DNA of 64,000 bases from Nitrosopumilus sp. (GTDB lineage: Archaea; Thermoproteota; Nitrososphaeria; Nitrososphaerales; Nitrosopumilaceae): the NCBI GenBank assembly GCA_965207075.1, contig CBDBLO010000002.1, forward strand, positions 1,120,001 to 1,184,000, written 5' to 3'. Below the pieces are notes generated by a model, which saw nothing but the letters and a program-made list of their open reading frames with translations, did no database searches and was not told where the DNA came from. Positions 19,955-27,413 of this stretch are shown piece by piece. Position numbers and translations under genes: made by a program. Position 1 is the stretch's first letter, and every line of letters begins with the position of its first letter.

Positions 19955-20157
19955 CCTCCCACACAACGGCACTGCGGGACGCCGCATGCGTCGTGTGCGG
20001 AAAGCCGTTCAACGCGGACGGCACGGGCAACGACATATGCGTGTCATGTTGGTCGCACCCCGGTGACGCGTGCGCCGGGTGTGGGCTTGCGCGCAACGAC
20101 CACTTTCATCCGGACGGCGCGGGCGGCTGCCCGGGGTTCAGGGAGCCGGCAAAATAG
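19951..20157 (+). CDS. Two-finger Cys/His microprotein
   Basis: TTGA overlap; CVVCG...CVSC...CAGCG..DH...CPGF. Confidence 0.6.
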   Translation: MTSHTTALRDAACVVCGKPFNADGTGNDICVSCWSHPGDACAGCGLARNDHFHPDGAGGCPGFREPAK

Positions 20158-20170
20158 GAGGAATGGAGGA

Positions 20171-20449
20171 ATGGCAAGCCCGGTCACCGTATTGTGGGTC
20201 GACAAGTATGACAAGTACTACTGCAGGGAGTGCAATGACTTCATCAGGCCTGAGTCATGTCGAGACCGCCGCGACAGCCAGTACGTGCACGATCTTGACA
20301 AGGCGTACGCCCACGTTATGGAGGCGCACCGCGCGAACGCCATGACGGTCCGGAAGGTGAGGAAGTTCCCAAGGCCGCCTGTAAAAAGACTCGCCGACGT
20401 CTTGGGCGGAGACGCAGCTGACGTGGAAGAGGGGGAGGGGCGCCGATGA
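20171..20449 (+). CDS. C2H2-like protein
   Basis: YYCREC...AHVMEAH; GGAGG upstream. Confidence 0.6.
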   Translation: MASPVTVLWVDKYDKYYCRECNDFIRPESCRDRRDSQYVHDLDKAYAHVMEAHRANAMTVRKVRKFPRPPVKRLADVLGGDAADVEEGEGRR

Positions 20450-20501
20450 CCACCCCGCCCCACGCCGCCACCGTGACAGTGGCGTGGCGGAGGGCTGTGC
20501 C

Positions 20502-20864
20502 ATGAGCTTGGAACGCGGCGGCCGGATTGCCGTGTTCGGCGACGGCGGTCACCCCACGTCCGCCGCGCCGACGACCGCGCCGATTCAGTCCCCCACCAAG
20601 CAGGACCCGTTCGCCATGCCCTCCGAGCAGGAGCTTGTCAGGTGCATCATCGAGTCCACCCGCGAGGTCGACGAACGCTCCGCCCAGGTGTCCGACATGC
20701 TGAAGGACTTGGCAAGCCCCGGTGCCGGACGGGACGGGCCCGCCACGGTCCGCGCCGAAAGCGACATCCATGCCGCGTACACGCGGCTGGCCGACGCCCG
20801 GCTCGCCCAGAGGCGGGCGGCCGTGAGGTTGTGGAGGGCGCGCAACGACGCGGGTGCGCGGTGA
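20502..20864 (+). CDS. Hypothetical helical protein
   Basis: Co-oriented ORF with GGAGG upstream. Confidence 0.45.
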   Translation: MSLERGGRIAVFGDGGHPTSAAPTTAPIQSPTKQDPFAMPSEQELVRCIIESTREVDERSAQVSDMLKDLASPGAGRDGPATVRAESDIHAAYTRLADARLAQRRAAVRLWRARNDAGAR

Positions 20865-20937
20865 AAAGCGCGCCTGCAGCAGCTGCCCTGAAGTTGGGGA
20901 GGATCCGTTTTTTATACATCGCCCGCGAGCGATCGGC

Positions 20938-21102
20938 ATGGGTTCTCAATGCTATGTGTGTGGCAGTGAAATACACGACGGGCTGTTTGAAGGCGAGTCG
21001 GCAATAAGATGTAGTGCGTGTGGCAACTCTGTCCACGACAGTCCGAATTGCCGCGGCCTGAAAGACGGCAGCGTCGTGTGCGGCATATGCTCCGCAAGAT
21101 GA
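20938..21102 (+). CDS. 54-aa C4HC3 (PHD-finger-like) microprotein
   Basis: C-x2-C-x16-C-x2-C-x4-H-x4-C-x9-C-x2-C; own TTTTTATA box upstream. Confidence 0.7.
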   Translation: MGSQCYVCGSEIHDGLFEGESAIRCSACGNSVHDSPNCRGLKDGSVVCGICSAR

Positions 21103-21141
21103 AGTCTGGCTCTCGCCGTCCCGCATGCGGTCCGCAGCCGA

Positions 21142-21675
21142 TCAGACGGCGGTCTTGCCGCCGTCCTTTTTGTAGTCTCCCGTGCAGCGGTGCACGTCGC
21201 CGTACTGCTGCAGCACGCGGTTCTTATGCCGGACGAGCAGCCCGTGGAATATGGTCGGCCCGTCTGACTTGGAACCGGGCAGCACCGGAACGGTCGACGA
21301 CCCGCCCAACTCCTCCGCGCTCTTCCTGACAACCCTCCACAGTTCGCGCTCAAACTTGGCATTTTCCGCGAGTCCGGCAAACCCGATGCCGCAGGTGAGC
21401 AGCGCCGCCGCCAGATTCTTCCCCCACTCGCCGGATTCAACGGACACCATGAAGTTAGCCGGGTGCCCCCTGATGGACACGTGGTAGTATTTCCTGCAGC
21501 CCGCCACCGTACGCAGTACGCCGTCCTTTACCGCCGTCACGTCCTGCCACTGCGGCGTGTTGGCGTTGCTGTAGCGCTCGATCTCGTGGAACCCGTCGTT
21601 GAGAAAGAACTCCTGTATGCGCCCGGCCAGCTCTGACAGGTCGACCGAGCCGCCGAACCACTCGAACCTCGTCAT
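21142..21675 (-). CDS. Hypothetical protein with hydrophobic hairpin and C-terminal CxxH..HxC
   Basis: TTTTAT 21 nt upstream of ATG 21675; VESGEWGKNLAAALLTCGIG. Confidence 0.6.
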   Translation of the reverse strand: MTRFEWFGGSVDLSELAGRIQEFFLNDGFHEIERYSNANTPQWQDVTAVKDGVLRTVAGCRKYYHVSIRGHPANFMVSVESGEWGKNLAAALLTCGIGFAGLAENAKFERELWRVVRKSAEELGGSSTVPVLPGSKSDGPTIFHGLLVRHKNRVLQQYGDVHRCTGDYKKDGGKTAV

Positions 21676-21782
21676 GCCCGGAGTGGCGGCGTCCGCATAA
21701 AAGCCACGCCTTTCCCGGGTTCTGTCAAATCTGGGTGGCCTGAGCAAGGGTGTCGAATCGGTGACCTGGAAATTCTACAGAA

Positions 21783-22049
21783 TCATGAACCCGGCTTGAT
21801 TTCCGATCCAAGCATTGTCAGTATGCGTTTCAACACAGGTCCTGTGAACGAGCCGAGGCCCGACAAGATCAATGCGGCAAGCGGGATGTCGCCCAACGAA
21901 AAAGGCACATTGTCCGTCCCGGTCAGAACGACGAGCCCATAGGTCATGCCGATATGCAGGTAGATGATCCTCTTGATCCAACACGGTATGCCGGTGTCAC
22001 CTTCGCCAGGACTGTCGGGCCCTGAGGGGACGTCACTTGCGTTTTTCAT
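21783..22049 (-). CDS. Small putative membrane protein
   Basis: Two hydrophobic segments. Confidence 0.35.
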   Translation of the reverse strand: MKNASDVPSGPDSPGEGDTGIPCWIKRIIYLHIGMTYGLVVLTGTDNVPFSLGDIPLAALILSGLGSFTGPVLKRILTMLGSEIKPGS

Positions 22050-22300
22050 CAATAGAAGTGACGATTCTTGCAACCTCACGATTAACACCACCTGAAAACA
22101 TACTATCCTGACCTTCGCGATCAGGATTCTTGGGGGCCTGTCGCCCCTTCATCTACCTATTCTCTTACAGACTATATAAGTAGTGCTTGGAAAGTGTTGG
22201 AAGATGTTGGAAGGTTCCGATCTCAGCATACGGTTTACTAAAGTATGTAGTTTCCACGTGCCGGACTCCGGGTGGAAATTTATGTCGCCACCCACCCACC

Positions 22301-23116
22301 ATGGCAGACATGGCGGGAGCCGGATTGCTTGAACTGGACGGAGCGCGCATGCTTGCGGCCTGCCCGCTTACGGCCAGTGCCAAACTGATAAACCAGATGG
22401 CAAAAATCGGCTTCCGCGTGATCGTGGCAAAGACGGTCACCGCGGAGCCGCGGCTCTTCAAGTACAAGTTCGGCGACAGGAACACGCTGCGGATCGGCGA
22501 CGGCAGCATGCTGAACGCCATCGGTTTGGCAAACCCCGGATGCGAGGCGGCCGCAAATGACCTGCGTAATGTCGCCCGCGGCATAGACGTCATACAGAGC
22601 ATCCACGGCTCCTCCCCGGAGGAGTACGACCGCATCATACCCGCGTTCGACGGCGTGCCTTGCGTCAAGGCATACGAGGTGAACGTCTCGTGCCCCAACA
22701 CCTACAGCAGGACGTGCGGTGGGGAGGAACCCGAGGCGGTACGCCGTATCCGCGACCTTACGGACAAGCCCATACTGGTCAAGATCTCGCACTGGCTGGC
22801 GGCCAGGGCCCCCGCATACATCAGTCATGGTGCCGACTACATCACGGCGATCAACACCATACCCGCGGCGGCCGCCCATCCTGACGGCCATACGGGCATC
22901 TGCGAGGGCGGGCTGTCGGGCGGCGCCATCAAGCCCGTGGCGCTGCATACCGTGCACCGTCTGGCACTGTGCGGCATCCCGACCGTGGGATGCGGCGGCA
23001 TCTCCACTGCTGTTGATGCCGCCGAGTTCCAGCGGGCCGGCGCCAAGGCCACGCAGGAGGCCACAAGCGTGATGCTAGGCGCGGGCTGGGGCCGAGTCCC
23101 CGGGCCGGAAAGCTAG
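22301..23116 (+). CDS. pyrD: Dihydroorotate dehydrogenase, family 1 catalytic subunit (diverged)
   Basis: MLNAIGLANPG, EVNVSCPN (catalytic C), PILVKI, INTI, GGLSG..IKP.AL, GCGGI. Confidence 0.88.
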   Translation: MADMAGAGLLELDGARMLAACPLTASAKLINQMAKIGFRVIVAKTVTAEPRLFKYKFGDRNTLRIGDGSMLNAIGLANPGCEAAANDLRNVARGIDVIQSIHGSSPEEYDRIIPAFDGVPCVKAYEVNVSCPNTYSRTCGGEEPEAVRRIRDLTDKPILVKISHWLAARAPAYISHGADYITAINTIPAAAAHPDGHTGICEGGLSGGAIKPVALHTVHRLALCGIPTVGCGGISTAVDAAEFQRAGAKATQEATSVMLGAGWGRVPGPES

Positions 23117-23152
23117 TACGGCGTCTTTTACACGCCACCGCGTACTGCATGC

Positions 23153-24085
23153 ATGCTCACGGTCTGCGGCACCATCACGCTCGACACCATACAGGTTGGC
23201 GGCCGCACGTTCGCGGACGTGCTGGGCGGCTCCGCCTCATACGCAGCCGCGTCGGCCGGGCTCTTCACGAGGACGGGGCTGGTCGGCGTGGTGGGGTCGG
23301 ACCTGCCAGCGGCATACCGGCGCATGCTGGCGCGGCGAGCATCGCTGGACGGCATAACCGTCAGGCGGGGCAGGACGTACAGGTATTCGTGCAGGTACGG
23401 CGGCGGCGGGGACCCGGACGCCCGCACCACGCTCGGCGTGGACCTTCGTATAATCCGCGGGCTCCGTCCGGTGCTGCCGGACTCATACTCCTCCTCGCGC
23501 CACGTGTTCCTGGCAAACTACGACCCGGATCAGAGCATTGCATTGCTCAGGCAGTTCGACAGGCGTCCGGCGTTCATCATGTGTGACACCGTCGACTACT
23601 GGATACGCGAGAAGAGGCGGTCGGTAGTGAGCATGTTCGGCATGGCGGACCTGGCTCTTCTCAACGACGCGGAGGCCCGGCAGCTAGCAGGCGACCATGA
23701 CTTGGCGGCGTGCGCCAGAACCATACGCGAAGAGACCGGCGTCCCGTACCTGGCAGTCAAGAGGGGGCGGCACGGCTCCCTCTTGTTCCACGACGGCGGC
23801 GTCATAACGGCCCCCGCATACGTGCTTGAGCGCGTTGCCGACCCCACTGGCGCCGGCGACGCGTTCGCCGGCGGGATCATCGGGCACGTGGCCGCCTCGT
23901 GCGGCAGGCGCAGGCCGTCGCTCCGGGACCTGTGGCGGGCAGTCACGTACGGTACTGTCATGGGCGCCCTGACGGCCGAGGGGCACGGCATGTCAGCGCT
24001 GCTGAAGGCGACGCGGGGCAAGGCGGAGCTGCGCGCCCGCAGGTACGCAGACGGGCTGCCGGTGTGGAAGCCGCGGCCGCCATGA
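23153..24085 (+). CDS. PfkB/ribokinase-family carbohydrate or nucleoside kinase
   Basis: GTITLD, LGGSASYAA, GVVGSD, LLND.EA, KRGRHG, DPTGAGDAFAGG. Confidence 0.92.
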   Translation: MLTVCGTITLDTIQVGGRTFADVLGGSASYAAASAGLFTRTGLVGVVGSDLPAAYRRMLARRASLDGITVRRGRTYRYSCRYGGGGDPDARTTLGVDLRIIRGLRPVLPDSYSSSRHVFLANYDPDQSIALLRQFDRRPAFIMCDTVDYWIREKRRSVVSMFGMADLALLNDAEARQLAGDHDLAACARTIREETGVPYLAVKRGRHGSLLFHDGGVITAPAYVLERVADPTGAGDAFAGGIIGHVAASCGRRRPSLRDLWRAVTYGTVMGALTAEGHGMSALLKATRGKAELRARRYADGLPVWKPRPP

Positions 24086-24131
24086 AGCCCGTAGCTAAGT
24101 AGGTTATAAGGTACTGGTAACATGACTTGCG

Positions 24132-24326
24132 ATGTCAGACGAACGCGCGGAGTTGGTGACGGAAAAGGAAAGACTTGAAGCAGAGTTTATTCAGATGGAG
24201 AACGCAGAGATACTGGCCATAAGGGATGACAACCAGGTGCACCCTGATGTCCCGAAACGGAAGGACGAAATCAAGGCAAGGCTGGGAGAAGTCAACCGGC
24301 GGCTGAACGAGATACGCGGCGCTTGA
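24132..24326 (+). CDS. Small coiled-coil protein
   Basis: 64 aa, TTATAA 23 nt upstream. Confidence 0.65.
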   Translation: MSDERAELVTEKERLEAEFIQMENAEILAIRDDNQVHPDVPKRKDEIKARLGEVNRRLNEIRGA

Positions 24327-24346
24327 GTCAATCGCGCCGCCGCAAG

Positions 24347-24390
24347 AATAACCTAACAGTTATAAATTTAGGAGCCGTATGACAAGCATG
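24347..24390 (+). promoter_or_regulatory. Promoter copy B (paralogue of 10223-10266)
   Basis: AATAACCTAACAGTTATAAATTTAGG...GTATGACA..CATG. Confidence 0.75.
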
Positions 24391-24954
24391 CCCTGCCAGG
24401 AATTTGCAGCGTTGGACGGATACCTCACCCGGGCGGTGGACCCGTCCTATCTGGGCGATGCAAGGCTTACGCACGTGACGGCGTCGGCCGAAATATGCGA
24501 CAGGATACTGCGCGAGGGATGGGTCGTGCCGACCGCGAGGCCGCAACACGAAAGCTACGACCTGCCGCAGGGCGTGTGGATCTCGGTCAACGGCAGCTGG
24601 GAAGATTATTGCAAGTACTGGCCCGAGGAAAAGGGATGGACCGGCGGCGTGCTCGACGTGGAACTGAACCCGGGGGCGCGCCTGCTCAAGGCGGACAAGC
24701 CGGTCGAGGCATGGAGGTTCCACCGGGACTTTCCGACGACGGACGACGACGCGGAGATCCCGCGCGGGTACGTCGACTGGACGAGGGTGGCCGCCGCGTA
24801 TGACGGCATATACTTTGCAAACTACTGTGAGATGCGCCAGGAAAGCAAGACGTGGTACTGGTGGGACGTCGACTGCGTGTGCATGTTCGACGCGTCAAAG
24901 GTCAGGATATGCGGGCGCGGACCGCCGGTCGAGCGGGTGCGCCGCGATGGGTGA
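24388..24954 (+). CDS. Hypothetical phage-type protein, possible ADP-ribosyltransferase fold
   Basis: LTHVT...GVWIS...DW..VA..YDGI...WDVDC..MFD. Confidence 0.65.
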   Translation: MPCQEFAALDGYLTRAVDPSYLGDARLTHVTASAEICDRILREGWVVPTARPQHESYDLPQGVWISVNGSWEDYCKYWPEEKGWTGGVLDVELNPGARLLKADKPVEAWRFHRDFPTTDDDAEIPRGYVDWTRVAAAYDGIYFANYCEMRQESKTWYWWDVDCVCMFDASKVRICGRGPPVERVRRDG

Positions 24955-25061
24955 ATGCGAGTCCCGTTCCTGCCCGCACATTCTTTTATCATGTCGTATT
25001 GGTGACCGCGCATGACGGACGTTGGCAGCGGCGGGAACCAGCCAGCCCGGGCGGCACGCCG

Positions 25062-25280
25062 TCAACCGGGTATCCGGCATCCGTCGTGGTTGTCCTCCAA
25101 GTGGAACCTGCAGAACAGCTTGCCGCACCTCCCGCACTTCATAGCCTCGTGGCTGGTGCCGGAACAGCCCTGTTCCTGGCAAGGGGGGGATGAGTGTAGC
25201 CCATGTTCCCTGTGTTCCGGGCAGTAGGCGAGCATGTCAATCGTCGGCTTGCTGCAGCCCTCGTAGGAACACGTGCTCAT
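25062..25280 (-). CDS. AN1-type Zn-finger-like microprotein
   Basis: CSYEGC...YCPEH then C-x4-C-x9-C-x2-C-x4-C-x2-H-x4-H-x2-C; TTTTAT 21 nt upstream. Confidence 0.7.
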   Translation of the reverse strand: MSTCSYEGCSKPTIDMLAYCPEHREHGLHSSPPCQEQGCSGTSHEAMKCGRCGKLFCRFHLEDNHDGCRIPG

Positions 25281-25352
25281 GGGCGCCATGCCGCGCCCCC
25301 CATAAAAGACGCGCATGCCGGGGGCTTTTATGCGGATGCGGGCCTGCAGGGC

Positions 25353-25469
25353 ATGTCTGAGAACAACCACAGCAGCGGCCCGTGCCCCACGTGCAGGCGC
25401 GACTTTGCGCAGCACACGGACGCCGAGGTCATAGAGTGCGCGCGCGCCCTCGTGGCGGCCGTGCACTGA
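25353..25469 (+). CDS. 38-aa CxxC..H..C microprotein
   Basis: MSENNHSSGPCPTCRRDFAQHTDAEVIECARALVAAVH; TTTTAT 21 nt upstream, back-to-back with the previous promoter. Confidence 0.65.
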   Translation: MSENNHSSGPCPTCRRDFAQHTDAEVIECARALVAAVH

Positions 25470-25480
25470 CCCCGGCGGGG

Positions 25481-26107
25481 TCAGTCATCCAGCACCTTTT
25501 TCATCTGCTCGTATTCCCCCGCCGTAATCTCACCGCGGACGTAGCGCATCTTGAGCGCATGCAGCGGGGCGTCCTCCTGCCGCTTCTCCTTGCAGGGTTC
25601 CTCTTCATTGCCGACGACCCGCACATCCTGCTTCTTTTTCTTGGCCTCCCTGATGCGCTCCCGGATGTACCGGTACGCCGCCTCGGCCTTGTCCCTGGGC
25701 AGGGCGTCTATGGTACCGGGCGTGTCGCGGCTCCACGGGCTGTACGCCGCCGAGTTTGTATTGCGCTCGATGTTGGACATCTCGGTCTGCCCCGGTATGG
25801 TCAGCACTATAGACGACGACATCATCCCGCGCTCCAGGCGGACGTTCGTGATGTCGTCGTATGCAAAGCTTTCGACCTGCTCGCCCAGCCCGAGGCGCGT
25901 GGGGTTGCGTATTATGACGTGTTGGGGCGTCAGAAATACGGCGTTCGGCGTCACGGGCGAGCCGCCCGCCAGGAACCGAGACTGCCTGATCGAGATGACA
26001 ACGCGCTCGCCGGGGTCGAGCCGGTCACTGATCTTCTCGTTGAGCTCCTCGTCCAGCGGGAACTCTCCGCCCTTTACACCCTCGCTTCTGCCGAAAACCA
26101 CGCCCAT
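25481..26107 (-). CDS. Bacterial-type PH domain plus SHOCT domain protein
   Basis: LDPGE.V...Q, FLT..HVII, YDDITNV; C-terminal LKMRYVRGEITAGEYEQMKKVL. Confidence 0.85.
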   Translation of the reverse strand: MGVVFGRSEGVKGGEFPLDEELNEKISDRLDPGERVVISIRQSRFLAGGSPVTPNAVFLTPQHVIIRNPTRLGLGEQVESFAYDDITNVRLERGMMSSSIVLTIPGQTEMSNIERNTNSAAYSPWSRDTPGTIDALPRDKAEAAYRYIRERIREAKKKKQDVRVVGNEEEPCKEKRQEDAPLHALKMRYVRGEITAGEYEQMKKVLDD

Positions 26108-26180
26108 GGCCCGTCTTGCGGCTTTTAAGCAGGATTGAGAAAAAATCAGCCCCTTTTATACATATGATGTGGGTATGGAC

Positions 26181-26474
26181 ATGGTGTTTTCAGAAAAAGC
26201 CCCGGAAGACATGAAGAAGCTGAAGAACGGCGTTATAGGCGTGGTCATCTTGCTGGCCATCGGTGCACTCTCCCCCACGATCATACAGGAGTTTACGGGC
26301 GTCGACCTTGAGACACTGTGTGGCAAGGGCGAAACCCCGCCCGCCGGCGAGACAGACTGCCTGGGTACCAGCGAGGACATCAGCAAGCAGGTGTTCAAGG
26401 CCCTTGGTTCCGTACCGGCCGTGGTCGCCGTGATTGCCTTTATCGGGTTTGCCATAGTGGGCGGAAAGTACTAG
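26181..26474 (+). CDS. Two-TM small protein, possible VirB2/TrbC-like pilin
   Basis: KKLKNGVIGVVILLAIGAL and ALGSVPAVVAVIAFIGFAIVG with a Cys-pair loop; close to the VirD4-like gene. Confidence 0.45.
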   Translation: MVFSEKAPEDMKKLKNGVIGVVILLAIGALSPTIIQEFTGVDLETLCGKGETPPAGETDCLGTSEDISKQVFKALGSVPAVVAVIAFIGFAIVGGKY

Positions 26475-26900
26475 TTGTACAGCCCCTTCCCCATCACCAC
26501 TGTTTTTACACTGGCGGCGGCGGCCGCCGGCGCGTCGGCCGGTTTTTTTCTACTTGGTTATGATCCGGCCCGACTGCTTTACGTCATGGTCGCGGCGTGG
26601 CTGTGCGCATGCGCCCTTGACATGGGGCACACCATGCGGCAGGGTTTACAGGCCGTACGCGCATACGAGCAGAATCCCGTCATGTGCGCCGTCCTGCGGC
26701 GAACTGGAAGCTTGCGGGCCGCCGCCGCCTTGGCCATAGCCACCGAGGCCGCGCTCATCACGTCCGGATCATTCGTCATAATGCACGCGTGGGACCCGCA
26801 CGTGTTCGGCGTGCTGTGCGGCGCGGCCGCCGGCATCCACCTGTCGGGCTATGTGGAGAGCAGGCGGTTCCTGCGTAACGCGCAGCGTGCACGCGCCTGA
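26475..26900 (+). CDS. Membrane protein, DUF5658-like
   Basis: Four hydrophobic segments; LD..HT...EQNPVM. Confidence 0.55.
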   Translation: MYSPFPITTVFTLAAAAAGASAGFFLLGYDPARLLYVMVAAWLCACALDMGHTMRQGLQAVRAYEQNPVMCAVLRRTGSLRAAAALAIATEAALITSGSFVIMHAWDPHVFGVLCGAAAGIHLSGYVESRRFLRNAQRARA

Positions 26901-26928
26901 TGAAAAAGGGAACCCTGATGCGGCGGTC

Positions 26929-27069
26929 CTACTCTACCGGGTGCCCGTGTGCGTATATCTTCATGTGGTTGTTGACCCAGTTGCTGGGAGTCCGCCCGTC
27001 GCTGGCGGCCGCCTTCTCGATATAACTAATGACGTCCGGGTCCAAGGTCCAGCCCACCTTTCCTTTCAT
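26929..27069 (-). CDS. 46-aa ribbon-helix-helix (CopG/Arc-like) regulator (not in ORF track)
   Basis: MKGKVGWTLDPDVISYIEKAAASDGRTPSNWVNNHMKIYAHGHPVE; AT-rich palindromes upstream. Confidence 0.7.
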   Translation of the reverse strand: MKGKVGWTLDPDVISYIEKAAASDGRTPSNWVNNHMKIYAHGHPVE

Positions 27070-27081
27070 GCCCTGAGTACG

Positions 27082-27158
27082 CTATTAATTAATATAAGTT
27101 TGTCTGATTTTATCCACTTATGGTAGATAATGACTTATATCCTATTAAGAATTAATAG
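27082..27158. promoter_or_regulatory. Divergent promoter with palindromic operators
   Basis: TATTAATTAATA (27083-27094) and CTATTAA-gaa-TTAATAG (27142-27158). Confidence 0.65.
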
Positions 27159-27162
27159 TATC

Positions 27163-27363
27163 ATGAAAACGTCATCCACAGACGAGCCGCGCGTCATGTC
27201 CCGACACGTGCGGTCTGCCAGCGTCCCGGGACGCACATATTTGGTGGAGATCAACTTGGACACCCGGCGCGGACAGTGCCAGTGCCTCGGCTATCTTTTC
27301 AGGGGCAGGTGCCGCCACGTCAGCGAGATGCTGGATGAGTACGCCGCGGCACCGCCGGAATGA
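27163..27363 (+). CDS. SWIM zinc-finger microprotein
   Basis: VRS.S....Y.V...CQC..Y.FRG.CRH. Confidence 0.8.
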   Translation: MKTSSTDEPRVMSRHVRSASVPGRTYLVEINLDTRRGQCQCLGYLFRGRCRHVSEMLDEYAAAPPE

Positions 27364-27413
27364 CCGCGCGGTCGGAAAAAACGCGCCTTTAAGCCGCTCC
27401 CAGCTTGGATTTC

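Noticed and set aside
9131-21102. Provirus
   Set aside because: The operon is phage-like, but no capsid, portal, terminase or tail genes were recognised; cannot be excluded beyond the window.
22187-22216. TTGGAA x3 with 10-bp period
   Set aside because: Too short and degenerate to assign a function.
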